Position numbers and translations under genes: made by a program
Assembly (NCBI GenBank): GCA_964364455.1
Contig: CAYIMR010000003.1
Span: 23 to 64,022, forward strand
DNA: 64,000 bases
From: an uncultured Planctomycetales bacterium
GTDB lineage: Bacteria > Omnitrophota > Gorgyraeia > Zapsychrales > Zapsychraceae
Direction: 5' to 3'
The notes under the pieces: model-generated
What the model was told of the DNA's origin: nothing
What the model saw: the letters and a program-made list of their open reading frames with translations, nothing else
Databases searched by the model: none
Part shown: positions 18,150-28,677 of the stretch, one piece after another
Numbering within the stretch: the stretch's first letter is position 1
Layout of the letters: each line of letters begins with the position of its first letter

Positions 18150-18776
18150 ATGGATCAAAAATCGCAAATACTCGTACCAATGGTCGTCGAAAAAACTTCG
18201 CAGGGCGAACGCGCCTACGACATTTATTCACGGTTGCTCAAAGAAAGGATCGTCTTCATCGGCACGGCCATCGATGATACCGTTGCCAATTTGATTATCG
18301 CGCAATTGCTCTATTTGCAAAGCGAGGACGCCACCAAAGATATCTGCGTGTATATCAATTCGCCGGGCGGTTCGGTCACGGCGGGACTGGCCATTTACGA
18401 TACGATGCAGTTCGTGAAACCCGATGTCTCTACCTTTTGTCTTGGCCAGGCAGCGAGCATGGGCTCGCTTCTATTGTCGGCCGGCGCCAAAGGCAAACGA
18501 TTCGCCTTGCCGTACTCGCGCATCATGATCCATCAACCTTGGGGAGGCACGCAAGGAACGGCCAGTGATATTTCCATCCAGGCCAAAGAAATCCTGCGGA
18601 TGAAGGAAACCTTGAGCCAAATATTGGCAAATCATACCGGACAACCGCTCGATCGGATCCACAGGGACTCCGACCGGGATTTCTACATGAGCGCGGAAGA
18701 ATCCAGGGAATACGGACTGGTTGATGAAGTCATTAGAAGCATACGCACAACCAAAAAAAACCAGGCATTAACTTGA
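18150..18776 (+). CDS. clpP: ATP-dependent Clp protease proteolytic subunit
   Basis: [24 protein letters not shown]...[20 protein letters not shown]...[11 protein letters not shown]...IMIHQP. ATG 18150 follows GGAGGAGG. Confidence 0.92.
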   Translation: MDQKSQILVPMVVEKTSQGERAYDIYSRLLKERIVFIGTAIDDTVANLIIAQLLYLQSEDATKDICVYINSPGGSVTAGLAIYDTMQFVKPDVSTFCLGQAASMGSLLLSAGAKGKRFALPYSRIMIHQPWGGTQGTASDISIQAKEILRMKETLSQILANHTGQPLDRIHRDSDRDFYMSAEESREYGLVDEVIRSIRTTKKNQALT

Positions 18777-18801
18777 GTTTTAGGCAGAAAGGTAGTTGAC
18801 G

Positions 18802-19941
18802 ATGAAACGCAATTTGCTGCTTACCCCCGGGCCGACCCAGATCCCGCCGGAAATTTGCGCGGCATTGGGGCGGCCGATCATCCATCACCGCACGCCGCAG
18901 TTCCAGGAGAACCTTAAAGAAGCTGTCGAAGGATTAAAGCAGGTTTTCCAGACAAAAAATGACGTATATTTGCTCACCTGCTCCGGGACGGGAGCGATGG
19001 AGGCGTCCGTGTGCAATCTGCTTTCCCCAGGAGATAAAGCCATCACGGTCGAAGGCGGAAAATTCGGCGAGCGCTGGAGCGAACTTTGCCGCAGTTACGG
19101 GGTTGAGCCGCATGTGATCCAGGTCCCGTGGGGCAAGGCGGTTGATCCGGTGCAAATCAAGAAAATACTCGACGCGCACAAGGATATCAAAGCAGTCTTT
19201 ATCACGCAGAGCGAAACATCCACCGGGGTCACGACCGACGTTGAGGCGGTTGCCCGCGTTGTCCGCGATAGCAACGCGGTGTTGGTCGTCGATGCCATTA
19301 GCGGACTTGGGATCATTGATCTGCAAATGGACAACTGGGGCGTTGATGTGGTTGTTTCCGCCGCGCATAAAGGTTTTATGCTTCCGCCGGGGCTGGCGTT
19401 CGTTTCGCTAAGTCCCAAAGCGTTCAAATTGGTCGAAGCCTGCAAAAGCCCGCGCTATTATTTTGATCTGCGCAAGTCCAAAGAAGCCATGGCGGATATC
19501 GATACGCCTTTTACGCCGGCCATCGGTATCGTCATCGCGCTCAATGAAAGCCTGCGGCGCATGAAGCAGGAAGGCCTGCCCAATTTGTTCGCCTCCTACG
19601 CGCGTCTGGCCAAAGGCACGCGGGAAGCGGCCAAAGCGCTGGGATTATCAATCTTTACGGATGAATCATGCCAGTCCAATGTCCTGACGGCCATCAATCT
19701 TCCGCCGGATGTGGACGGCAATAAAGTGGTCAAGATCATGCGCGACACCCACGGGATCTCGGTCGCCGGCGGGCAGGATTCGCTCAAAGGAAAAATCATC
19801 CGCATCGCCCATATGGGTTGCGTTGATGAATATGATATCCTGACGGGCATATCCTGTTTGGAAAAAGTTTTACTGAAACTGGGATATAAATTTACGTTGG
19901 GAGCCGGTGTTGCCGCCGCGCAAAAGGTATTTAATACATAG
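18802..19941 (+). CDS. Class V aminotransferase (serine-pyruvate/alanine-glyoxylate type). Probably acts as the phosphoserine aminotransferase, given the adjacent serA.
   Basis: LLLTPGPTQIPPEICAALGRPIIHHRTPQF...VDVVVSAAHKGFMLPPGLAFV (PLP-lysine context). The functional role is inferred from synteny. Confidence 0.7.
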   Translation: MKRNLLLTPGPTQIPPEICAALGRPIIHHRTPQFQENLKEAVEGLKQVFQTKNDVYLLTCSGTGAMEASVCNLLSPGDKAITVEGGKFGERWSELCRSYGVEPHVIQVPWGKAVDPVQIKKILDAHKDIKAVFITQSETSTGVTTDVEAVARVVRDSNAVLVVDAISGLGIIDLQMDNWGVDVVVSAAHKGFMLPPGLAFVSLSPKAFKLVEACKSPRYYFDLRKSKEAMADIDTPFTPAIGIVIALNESLRRMKQEGLPNLFASYARLAKGTREAAKALGLSIFTDESCQSNVLTAINLPPDVDGNKVVKIMRDTHGISVAGGQDSLKGKIIRIAHMGCVDEYDILTGISCLEKVLLKLGYKFTLGAGVAAAQKVFNT

Positions 19942-19965
19942 GACGTAAGATCGAGAGGAGTCGTA

Positions 19966-21552
19966 ATGAGCAGAATACTTGTCAGCGACCAGCTCGCTAA
20001 TGAAGGTCTGGAAATATTAAAGGCCGTCAAGGAGTTCCAGGTCGATTATAGAATTGATCTTAAGCCGGAACAATTAAAGGCGATCATCAAGGATTACGAC
20101 GCCTTGATCGTGCGTAGCAGCACGAAAGTCACGGCGGATATCATCCAGGCGGCCGCGCGCTTGAAGTTCATCGGCCGCGCGGGGGTGGGGTTGGATAACG
20201 TGGATTTAAAGGCCGCGACCCAAAAAGGAATTGTGGCCATAAACACTCCGGCTGGAAATACCACTTCGACGGCGGAACACACGATGAGCATGATCCTCGC
20301 CTTGTCTCGTAACATCCCGCAAGCCTGCGCCTCGGTCAAGGCGGGGAAGTGGGAACGCTCCAAATTCAGCGGCGTTGAGCTGCACGGAAAAACGCTGGGG
20401 ATCATCGGTTTCGGCCGGATCGGCTCGACAGTGGCGCGTTACGCCAAAGCGTTCAGCATGCCGGTCATTGTCTTCGACCCCTACATCTCGCTGGAAGTCG
20501 GCGCCACGCTTGGCGTGCAAATGGTCGACCTTAAAGCGTTGATCAAGGGATCCGATTATATCACCATTCATATTCCCAAAAGCGCGGAAACAAAAAATCT
20601 GATCGGAGAGGCGGAATTTCAATCAATGAAAAAAACGGCTCGTTTGATCAACTGCGCCCGCGGCGGGATCGTGGATGAAGCCGCGCTCGCCAAGGCGTTG
20701 GCGGAAAAAAAGATCGCCGGTGCCGCGCTGGATGTTTTTGATGAAGAGCCGCTTCCCGCGAATTCCCCATTGTTAAAATTCGACAATTGCATCATGACGC
20801 CTCATTTGGGAGCTTCGACCTCCGAAGCACAGATCAACGTGGCCATCGAGATCGCCGAAACGATCCGCAACGCTCTCCTGGGCAAGGGCATCATGAACGC
20901 GGCCAATTTCCCGACGGTCGACGCGGAAGCGTACAAGACTTTGGAGCCGTATATCAACCTCGCGTACCGGATGGGAAAATTTTCCGGACAACTAATCACC
21001 GGGCGCATCAGCGCCGTGAAGATCACCTACAGCGGGGTGGTGAGCAAATATAAGGTGGCCCCGGTCACATTATCTTTGGTCAACGGCCTTTTAACGCCGA
21101 TCCTGGGAGAGACCGTCAATTTCATCAATGCCCTGGAGATCGCCAAGGAGCGGGCGATCAACGTCCATGAAGTTGTTTCGACCATGGAAGAAGAGTTTGT
21201 TAACGCCATCCGCGTGGAAGTCAAGACGGATAAAGAACCTTTCGCGATCCAGGGGACATTGTCGGCTAACCAAAAACCGCGTATCGTCAAGATCAACAAT
21301 GTTTATATGGAAGCAGTCCCTGATGGATATATCTTGTTCATTCAGAACAATGATAAACCCGGATTGGTCGGCGCGATCGGGACATTGCTGGCCGAGGCTA
21401 AGATCAACATCGCCGGGATCACTCTGGGCCGCGAAGCTCCCGGTGGACTGGCGATCAGCGCCGTTAACGTGGACAGCAACGTTCCGGAGAAAACGATCGA
21501 ACGGCTGCGCAGCACCAAAGATGTCTTGTACGTGAAACTGCTGAAAGTCTAA
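19966..21552 (+). CDS. serA: D-3-phosphoglycerate dehydrogenase (long form with ASB and ACT domains)
   Basis: ILVSDQLANEGLEIL...GKTLGIIGFGRIGSTVARYAKAFSMPVIVFDPY...NCARGGIVDEAAL...TPHLGAST... and a C-terminal ACT-like region. Confidence 0.9.
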   Translation: MSRILVSDQLANEGLEILKAVKEFQVDYRIDLKPEQLKAIIKDYDALIVRSSTKVTADIIQAAARLKFIGRAGVGLDNVDLKAATQKGIVAINTPAGNTTSTAEHTMSMILALSRNIPQACASVKAGKWERSKFSGVELHGKTLGIIGFGRIGSTVARYAKAFSMPVIVFDPYISLEVGATLGVQMVDLKALIKGSDYITIHIPKSAETKNLIGEAEFQSMKKTARLINCARGGIVDEAALAKALAEKKIAGAALDVFDEEPLPANSPLLKFDNCIMTPHLGASTSEAQINVAIEIAETIRNALLGKGIMNAANFPTVDAEAYKTLEPYINLAYRMGKFSGQLITGRISAVKITYSGVVSKYKVAPVTLSLVNGLLTPILGETVNFINALEIAKERAINVHEVVSTMEEEFVNAIRVEVKTDKEPFAIQGTLSANQKPRIVKINNVYMEAVPDGYILFIQNNDKPGLVGAIGTLLAEAKINIAGITLGREAPGGLAISAVNVDSNVPEKTIERLRSTKDVLYVKLLKV

Positions 21553-21560
21553 AGGCTGAT

Positions 21561-22259
21561 ATGACCTTCATGGATTATATAACCTCGGCGATCTCCTTAG
21601 GGATCATGGATAGCGGTAATCCTTACATGCTGTCGATGATTCTTTGTCTTTTGACTTTTCTGGCACTTGTCGGGGATACACCGCGGCACATCGCTCTCGC
21701 CGGCACGTTCACGGCAGGCACCGTTTTTTTGTTGACATTTTTTCTGACGCGGGGACTCTTGCTGGAACATCCCGCGGTCAACCGTATCATCCATTTTCTT
21801 TCGCTGGGTGTGGCCGTATTCCTGCTGGTCATAGGGTATTTGCTGTTTCAACATTGGCGGCTGGACAAAACGAGATCAGCGAAGCAATGGCTGCCGTTAT
21901 TTTTGCGGGAAGGCAGGGAAACGGCGGAGAAAAAGGTTGGCATTATTTTTTTCTCTGTTATATTGGGTGTGGCGACCGTATTGATTGTTTCATTGTGGCC
22001 CAGAAATCAGAATATTTACATATTTTATTATTTTCTGTCTACCCGTGGCAATGTTTTGTTGGCCACTTTATTTTTTGTCTTGTACAGTTTGGCTTTTATG
22101 TTTTTGTTAGCGGCAGTATGGGGAATGATATTTTATCTCAGGCACTGCGCGAAGTTGCGCAATGATTTTCTCAACGTTATTTCATGGGTGCGGATCAGCA
22201 GCTCCGCCATTTTTATCGCCGTTGGCATGGGGCTGATTTATCTGTTTATCGCAACGTAA
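21561..22259 (+). CDS. Hypothetical integral membrane protein (about 6 predicted TM helices)
   Basis: Long hydrophobic segments throughout. No family recognised. Confidence 0.5.
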   Translation: MTFMDYITSAISLGIMDSGNPYMLSMILCLLTFLALVGDTPRHIALAGTFTAGTVFLLTFFLTRGLLLEHPAVNRIIHFLSLGVAVFLLVIGYLLFQHWRLDKTRSAKQWLPLFLREGRETAEKKVGIIFFSVILGVATVLIVSLWPRNQNIYIFYYFLSTRGNVLLATLFFVLYSLAFMFLLAAVWGMIFYLRHCAKLRNDFLNVISWVRISSSAIFIAVGMGLIYLFIAT

Positions 22260-22268
22260 AGGTGTCCT

Positions 22269-23540
22269 ATGAACATTGTCGTTGTGGGTTCACAATGGGG
22301 GGATGAGGGAAAGGGAAAGTTGATCGATATTCTTTCCGAACACAGTGATATCACCGTACGTTACCAAGGCGGGAATAACGCCGGGCACACGGTTGTCGTC
22401 GGTGAGCAGGAATATGTTTTTCACTTGCTGCCCTCCGCCATTTTGCACAAGGGAAAGGTATGTGTGATCGGAAACGGGGTGGTGGTCGATCCTAAAGCTC
22501 TTTTAAAAGAGATCGATGATCTCGCGCGCCGCGGGATCAAGGTGGGGGCCCAGCGTTTAAAAATCTCCGGACACGCCCACGTCGTGATGCCGTATCACCG
22601 GATATTGGACGGCCTGCGCGAATCGAAACGAAAAAACAAGATCGGGACCACGGGGCGCGGCATCGGCCCGTGCTACGCGGATAAGGTCAGCCGTTGCGGG
22701 ATCCGTATAATTGATCTCTTGAACAGGCGTATTCTTAAGTCCAAGCTGGATGATAATCTCCGGGAAAAGAACGAAATTTTCCAAAAAGTTTTTAACACCA
22801 AGGGATTTTCATCCCGGGGTATCTACGAGGAGTATCTGGAGTACGGGAAAAAACTTAGCCCTTACGTCTGCGATGCCGCGCTTTACTTAAATGATGCGCT
22901 GGATCACAAGAAATCCGTTCTTTTCGAAGGCGCGCAGGGGACGTTCCTGGATATTGATTTTGGCACGTATCCATTTGTCACGTCCTCCAATTCCATAGTC
23001 GGCGGCTTGTGTACGGGAAGTGGTGTCGCTCCCACGCGAATCGATAAAACCATCGCCTGCGTCAAGGCCTACACGACGCGTGTGGGGGAAGGGCCGTTCC
23101 CGACAGAATTCGCCTCCAGTTTGAAAAATGAAATACGCGCCAAAGGTAACGAGTTTGGCGCCACGACCGGACGTCCCAGACGCTGTGGCTGGTTTGACAG
23201 TGTGCTGGTGCGCTATTCGGTTATAATCAACAATGTCCATGAACTTGCCATCATGAAACTGGACGTCTTGGGTGATCTTGATAAGATCCGAATATGCACC
23301 GGATACAAATATAAGGGGAAGACCTACAAGGATTTTCCAATGGATTTTGAAGTCTTAAGCAATGTTCAGCCGATCTATGAGGAATTGGACGGCTGGAAAA
23401 CGGATATCAGCGGGGCACGGACCTATGCCCAATTGCCGGTCAACGCGCGCAAATACATTGAACGCCTTGAGAAGCTCCTGAAAGTCGGTGTTAAATATAT
23501 TTCCATTGGAACAAAGCGCTCGGAAATTATTATCCGTTAG
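22269..23540 (+). CDS. purA: Adenylosuccinate synthase
   Basis: VVVGSQWGDEGKGKLIDIL...RYQGGNNAGHTV...GTTGRGIGPCYADK... Confidence 0.95.
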   Translation: MNIVVVGSQWGDEGKGKLIDILSEHSDITVRYQGGNNAGHTVVVGEQEYVFHLLPSAILHKGKVCVIGNGVVVDPKALLKEIDDLARRGIKVGAQRLKISGHAHVVMPYHRILDGLRESKRKNKIGTTGRGIGPCYADKVSRCGIRIIDLLNRRILKSKLDDNLREKNEIFQKVFNTKGFSSRGIYEEYLEYGKKLSPYVCDAALYLNDALDHKKSVLFEGAQGTFLDIDFGTYPFVTSSNSIVGGLCTGSGVAPTRIDKTIACVKAYTTRVGEGPFPTEFASSLKNEIRAKGNEFGATTGRPRRCGWFDSVLVRYSVIINNVHELAIMKLDVLGDLDKIRICTGYKYKGKTYKDFPMDFEVLSNVQPIYEELDGWKTDISGARTYAQLPVNARKYIERLEKLLKVGVKYISIGTKRSEIIIR

Positions 23541-23636
23541 ACCGTATCTTGTTGCAGGAGCTTAAGTTGTCATAAAGAGCTTGACTTTGAATTATGCCTA
23601 TGTTACGGTAGGACTAATAATATTACGGAGGATTGG

Positions 23637-24251
23637 ATGTATCGGATTTTTTCAATTTTTTCCACGCTATTCGTGACCCTTGCCTTAGTCTTCGCTGTTA
23701 ACGGCTGCACGATCGTATTCCAAAAAGGTAGACGCTCGGATGTTGAAGAGATTGCTAAACTTCAAGGCCGTTTAAACAGCCTTGAACAAGCCAAGGCGGA
23801 ACTTGAAGCGCGGCTTAGCAAAGAGATCAGCGATCGGGAGGTCAGCGTGAAAATGATGGATCGCGGGCTGGTCATCACTTTTGTGGCCGAGGTTTTGTTC
23901 GGTTCAGGAAAAGCTGAATTACGGCAAAGTTCATTTGAGAAATTGGATAAAATCGCGGACGTTCTGAATACGACGGTCAAAGATTTGGCAGTTGGCATTG
24001 AGGGGCATACGGATGATGTCCCGATCCAGCGTTCCGGATGGAAATCGAATTGGGAATTATCCAGCGCGCGGGCGCTTAGTGTTTTACACTATTTAGCTCA
24101 AACACATAATATTTTGCCCGGGCGTTTGTCCGCCACGGGATACGGAGAATTCCGGCCGGTTGCCGATAACTCGACTACTGAAGGGCGACAAAAGAACCGC
24201 CGTGTGGAGATCGTTATTCTTCCTAATAGAACGACGGAAGGACGTTATTGA
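23637..24251 (+). CDS. OmpA/MotB-family lipoprotein with a C-terminal peptidoglycan-binding OmpA domain
   Basis: Lipobox-like FAVNGC, a coiled-coil segment, then ...VGIEGHTDDVPI...SNWELSSARALSVLHYL...GYGEFRPVADNSTTEGRQKNRRVEIVI. Confidence 0.8.
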   Translation: MYRIFSIFSTLFVTLALVFAVNGCTIVFQKGRRSDVEEIAKLQGRLNSLEQAKAELEARLSKEISDREVSVKMMDRGLVITFVAEVLFGSGKAELRQSSFEKLDKIADVLNTTVKDLAVGIEGHTDDVPIQRSGWKSNWELSSARALSVLHYLAQTHNILPGRLSATGYGEFRPVADNSTTEGRQKNRRVEIVILPNRTTEGRY

Positions 24252-24264
24252 GCTTTCCTTTCCC

Positions 24265-24315
24265 AACTTCAAATCTCCCCTGGAATTTTTTGACGCTGTT
24301 GGGAGATTTGAAGTT
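24265..24315 (+). terminator. 15-bp perfect hairpin downstream of the OmpA-family gene, a possible terminator or regulatory stem
   Basis: AACTTCAAATCTCCC (24265-24279) pairs with GGGAGATTTGAAGTT (24301-24315) across a 21-nt loop. It is followed by a weak T-rich tract. Confidence 0.4.
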
Positions 24316-24357
24316 ATGTTTATTGAGAGGAAGCTCAATAATCGGGAGGCCTAAGTT

Positions 24358-24750
24358 ATGAAAGTCGTTGCCGTTGTCTTGGCGGTCGCATTGGTGGTGT
24401 TTTGTTTTGGTTTGGCCATTCATTTCAACCAGAATGTCCTTCAGACCAGAAAAGTCCTGGAAAGCGAACGGTACACGCGTTTAACGGCCGAGGAAAGTCT
24501 CGAAAAGGCCGCCTCGCAGATCCGCAATCTGGAAAATGAGCTGGAACGCGCGCAGGTGAAAGTCAAGAGTGCGGAAAAATTGCTGGAACAAACACAGTCC
24601 TTGAATGCGCAATTGCAGGAGCGGGTCACAGAGGGCGCGACCCTTCAAAAATCACTGCAGCATCGCATTCAACAACTGGAACAGGGTCCAATCCCGATGG
24701 GCAAGAGTAATTCCAGATCCGATATAACAACTGCCGCCGGCGCCACCTAG
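24358..24750 (+). CDS. Membrane-anchored coiled-coil protein, unknown function
   Basis: N-terminal TM segment VVAVVLAVALVVFCFGLAI, then heptad-like, Q/E/L-rich sequence. RBS GGGAGG upstream. Confidence 0.5.
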   Translation: MKVVAVVLAVALVVFCFGLAIHFNQNVLQTRKVLESERYTRLTAEESLEKAASQIRNLENELERAQVKVKSAEKLLEQTQSLNAQLQERVTEGATLQKSLQHRIQQLEQGPIPMGKSNSRSDITTAAGAT

Positions 24751-24837
24751 AGCCAACGACATGCTTTAATAGCGAAGCCTTTGCCGAATACTGTAACGTA
24801 CTGTGATGGGGGATAAGAAGCCCTCCTTTTTTTTAAT

Positions 24838-25572
24838 ATGATACAAACATCTAATATTCCGCGGCATGTTGCCATCATTATGGATGGTAACGGCCGCTGG
24901 GCGAAACGTCAGCATCTTACTCGAACGCAGGGCCACACGGAAGGGATCAAGCGCGTGGAAGAGGCCGTTGCCGTGGCCCAAAAAATCGGGATCAAAGTGC
25001 TGACTCTATTTACGTTCTCGACCGAAAACTGGCGGCGTCCGGAATCCGAGATCTCGATATTAATGAGCATGTTGGCCAATGTTCTGCAAAAAAAAATAAA
25101 AATGTTGAAGGAGAATAACGTGCGATTCCAGGTGATCGGCCGGGAGGAAAGCGTTCCCGGATCGGTCCTGAAAACATTCCAAATGGCTATTCATGAGACA
25201 AAGGATAATACGGGGTTGATCGTGAATTTGGCTTTCAATTATGGTTCCCGCCAGGAGATAATCGACGCGGTCAAAAAAATCGCGGCGGCGGTGGAAAAGA
25301 AGTCTTTAGTCATCGCTGATATCGACGAAAAGACCATCACTCAATTCTTGTATACCAAAGACCTCCCTGACCCTGACCTCCTTATCCGGACATCCGGTGA
25401 AAAAAGGATCAGCAATTTTCTTTTGTGGCAGCTTTCTTATTCGGAGCTGTATTTTACGGACAAATTCTGGCCGGATTTTACAGAAGAAGAATTCGAAAAG
25501 GCCATCGCGGATTACCAGAAGCGTGAACGCCGCTACGGCGATCTGGCCGGAACGACACGGGAAAGATCATGA
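24838..25572 (+). CDS. uppS: Isoprenyl transferase (undecaprenyl diphosphate synthase)
   Basis: PRHVAIIMDGNGRWAK...LTLFTFSTENWRRP...RTSGEKRISNFLLWQLSYSELYF. Confidence 0.93.
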   Translation: MIQTSNIPRHVAIIMDGNGRWAKRQHLTRTQGHTEGIKRVEEAVAVAQKIGIKVLTLFTFSTENWRRPESEISILMSMLANVLQKKIKMLKENNVRFQVIGREESVPGSVLKTFQMAIHETKDNTGLIVNLAFNYGSRQEIIDAVKKIAAAVEKKSLVIADIDEKTITQFLYTKDLPDPDLLIRTSGEKRISNFLLWQLSYSELYFTDKFWPDFTEEEFEKAIADYQKRERRYGDLAGTTRERS

Positions 25573-26393
25573 TGAACAAAGCGCGCTTTATAAGTTCAAC
25601 GACCATGATCCTGGTCACAATTGCTGCGGTTCTCAACGCGTGGGTTTTTATCGCCGTTTTGCTGGGATTGACACTCGCGGGACTGTATGAATTCTTCTAT
25701 CTGGTCAAGAAGAAGGGGATTCCCATCTACAGTTATACCGGCATCATCATTGGCATGCTGATCCCACTTTCTATCTTTACGCGTTTTGAACCGACCGGAA
25801 AATGGGAGTTGTTGTTCATCGTCCTTCTTTTACTGCTGATTTTTCTCATGCAATTCATCCGTAATGACAACACCAATGCGATCATCGGGATATCAACGAC
25901 GCTGTTCGGGATCCTGTACGTTTCGTGGCTGTTCAGCTTTCTGATCCGGATAAGGTATTTTTTACCCGGGACCGATGGCGTCAAATTGCTGGCCTTCATT
26001 CTGTTGGTGACAAAATGCGGGGACATGGGGGCGTTATTGATCGGCAGCAAATTCGGGAAACATCCGCTGTGGCCGCGCATCAGCCCCAACAAAACGATCG
26101 AGGGGAGCCTGGGCAGTTTTGCGTTCAGTGCTTTGGCGGCCATTCTCGGCAGCAGTTTGATTCCGCCGCAATTTGGTTTTTCACCTGGTCATATTGCCGT
26201 AATGGGGACATTTTTTGGCGGTATGGGACAGCTGGGCGATCTGTCCGAATCGCTTATCAAGCGGGATTGCAACGTGAAGGATTCCGGGAAGTTTCTCCCC
26301 GGTCTGGGTGGTGTTCTCGATGCGATCGACAGCATCTTATTCTCGGCGCCGGTATTTTATTTCTATATAAGTTCGGTGGTTATACGGCCGTAG
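25569..26393 (+). CDS. cdsA: Phosphatidate cytidylyltransferase
   Basis: Polytopic membrane protein with SPNKTIEGSLGS... and ...SLIKRDCNVKDSGKFLPGLGGVLDAIDS (CdsA signature). Confidence 0.88.
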   Translation: MMNKARFISSTTMILVTIAAVLNAWVFIAVLLGLTLAGLYEFFYLVKKKGIPIYSYTGIIIGMLIPLSIFTRFEPTGKWELLFIVLLLLLIFLMQFIRNDNTNAIIGISTTLFGILYVSWLFSFLIRIRYFLPGTDGVKLLAFILLVTKCGDMGALLIGSKFGKHPLWPRISPNKTIEGSLGSFAFSALAAILGSSLIPPQFGFSPGHIAVMGTFFGGMGQLGDLSESLIKRDCNVKDSGKFLPGLGGVLDAIDSILFSAPVFYFYISSVVIRP

Positions 26394-26397
26394 CGAC

Positions 26398-27555
26398 ATG
26401 ACACGCAGGAATATCGTTATTCTTGGTTCAACCGGGTCCATCGGCATCAATGCCTTGAAGGTCATTGAGCGCTTCGCGGATCGTTTTAAGGTCGTTGGAT
26501 TGACGGCATACAACAATTACCGGCTTTTAGAACAACAGGTACGTAAATTCCGACCGTCGCACGTGGCCGTTAACGGGTCAGGGGTTGATTACCTTCGGCG
26601 GCACATAAATACGAGGACCACCAAAATTTTGAGCGTCAAGGCGGATATCGACGAAATCATCCGTTTGCGATCCGTCGATGTGATCGTGGTCGCGATGCAT
26701 GGAAGCGCCGCGTTGCGGCCGTTTTTGACGGCGGTGCGTACCGGAAAAACGGTCGCGCCGGCCAACAAAGAAGCCCTCGTATCGGCGGGGGATATCCTGA
26801 TGCGCGAGGCCCGGCGGCATAAGGCGACCATCGTGCCCATAGACAGTGAACAAAGCGCTATTTTTCAGTGCCTGGCGGGAGAGAACAGGGAACATCTCAG
26901 GAAGATCTATTTAACGGCCTCAGGCGGCGCGCTTTTGAACATTCCACGGACGCGCTTTGATGCGTTGTCCGTCACGCAGATCCTGAAGCACCCGCGCTGG
27001 AAGATGGGAAAACGCATCACGGTCGATTCGGCAAGCTTAATGAACAAAGGATTTGAAGTGATCGAGGCTAAACATTTGTTCGGGCTTGATGTTGATGATA
27101 TCGAGGTCGTTGTGCATCCGGAAGCCATCATCCATTCGATGGTCGAATTTACTGATGGATCGATCGTCGCGCAGCTTGGCGTGACGGATATGCGATTGCC
27201 GATCCAGTACGCGCTGACGTACCCACAGCGCTGGAAAACGGGATTAAAAAGCGTGGACTTCGCGCGGTTGGGCCAGCTGACGTTCCAAAAGCCGAATTAC
27301 AAAAAATTTCCCTCATTGGCCTTGGCCATTGACGTTGGCCAGCGGGGAGGAACGCTTCCGGCAGTGTTGAACGCGGCTGACGAAATGGCGGTCGACGCTT
27401 TTTTAAATCGTTGTCTGCCTTTTACGGGGATCTACAGAACAGTGGAAAAAGTCGTCCAAAAACATAAAGTCATCGATCGCCCTTCCTTTACGCAGATTCT
27501 GGACGCGGACCAATGGGCGCGGGAGGAAGCTGGCCGGCTGATCAAGGAACGGTAA
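26398..27555 (+). CDS. dxr: 1-deoxy-D-xylulose 5-phosphate reductoisomerase
   Basis: IVILGSTGSIGINALKVI...PANKEALV...PIDSEQSAIFQCL...LTASGGA...HPRWKMGKRITVDSASLMNKGFEVIEA. Confidence 0.95.
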   Translation: MTRRNIVILGSTGSIGINALKVIERFADRFKVVGLTAYNNYRLLEQQVRKFRPSHVAVNGSGVDYLRRHINTRTTKILSVKADIDEIIRLRSVDVIVVAMHGSAALRPFLTAVRTGKTVAPANKEALVSAGDILMREARRHKATIVPIDSEQSAIFQCLAGENREHLRKIYLTASGGALLNIPRTRFDALSVTQILKHPRWKMGKRITVDSASLMNKGFEVIEAKHLFGLDVDDIEVVVHPEAIIHSMVEFTDGSIVAQLGVTDMRLPIQYALTYPQRWKTGLKSVDFARLGQLTFQKPNYKKFPSLALAIDVGQRGGTLPAVLNAADEMAVDAFLNRCLPFTGIYRTVEKVVQKHKVIDRPSFTQILDADQWAREEAGRLIKER

Positions 27556-27561
27556 AAAACT

Positions 27562-28662
27562 ATGGAAACGCTTTGGGCAAATTTAAACAGCACAATTTTG
27601 TTTGTCGTCACATTGAGCATTTTAATCGTCGTTCACGAATGGGGACACTTTATAACCGCGAAACGTCTGGGGATCGCAGTGGAACGCTTCGCACTGGGGT
27701 TCGGACCAACGATATATTCACGGATGCATAATGGGACGCGTTACATGATCAACATCATTCCCCTGGGTGGGTATGTCAAGATGGCTGGAGATGAACGCTC
27801 CCAATGCAGCGGCAAACCGGATGAATTTTATTCGAAACCAGCTGGACACCGGGCGCTTGTCATCTTCAACGGCCCGGTGGTTAATTTTATTTTCGCGTAC
27901 GTCTGTTTATTTGTCGTTTTTATGGTCGGGTATCCCGATCTGAGCAATAAAGTCGGCACCATCCTTGAGGGCTACCCCGCGCAGGCCGCGGGAGTTCAGG
28001 CCGGCGACCAGATCCTTCGCGTCAATGATCGAATAACGGAAAGCTGGAGTGGTTTGCAGGAAGCGATCATCTCCTCCACCGCCGACACGATCCAGCTAAG
28101 GATCCGGCGCGACGGGCGTGAAATCGACACAACGATCGCACCGCGCGTGGAAATGAACAAATCGATCTTTGGAAAATACCGGAAAGTACGCCTGGTCGGC
28201 ATCCGCCCGGCGGAAGATATTGTTACCCTCAAATATAATCCGGCCGTTGCGCTCCTAAAATCCGGGCAGGAATTGATCAAGATCACGAGCATGACATACA
28301 AGGCGATATTTGCCATGCTCACGGGTTCAATGTCGGTCAAAGAGAACGTGACGGGCCCCATCGGTATTTTTTACATTCTGCAAAAAGCCGCCGAAATGGG
28401 CATGTCGCACGTTTTGTTCATTATGGGGGTCATCAGCGCCAGTTTGGCAATTTTCAATTTACTGCCGGTCATACCGCTTGATGGCGGACATTTGTTGTTG
28501 CTTGGTATCGAAAAGCTCCGGGGACGCGCGTTATCGGCACGCACCGACGAATATGTCGCTAAAGCAGGTTTTAGCTTGATCATCATGCTTGCGTTATTCG
28601 TATTGTACAGTGATTTTTCACGTTTTGGCTTTATCGACAAGATCAAGCAATTGTTTCCTTAG
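27562..28662 (+). CDS. rseP: RIP metalloprotease RseP (M50 family, PDZ-containing)
   Basis: VVHEWGHFITAKRLG (HExxH), a central PDZ region, and C-terminal NLLPVIPLDGGH. Confidence 0.9.
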   Translation: METLWANLNSTILFVVTLSILIVVHEWGHFITAKRLGIAVERFALGFGPTIYSRMHNGTRYMINIIPLGGYVKMAGDERSQCSGKPDEFYSKPAGHRALVIFNGPVVNFIFAYVCLFVVFMVGYPDLSNKVGTILEGYPAQAAGVQAGDQILRVNDRITESWSGLQEAIISSTADTIQLRIRRDGREIDTTIAPRVEMNKSIFGKYRKVRLVGIRPAEDIVTLKYNPAVALLKSGQELIKITSMTYKAIFAMLTGSMSVKENVTGPIGIFYILQKAAEMGMSHVLFIMGVISASLAIFNLLPVIPLDGGHLLLLGIEKLRGRALSARTDEYVAKAGFSLIIMLALFVLYSDFSRFGFIDKIKQLFP

Positions 28663-28677
28663 GAAGGGAGATGAACG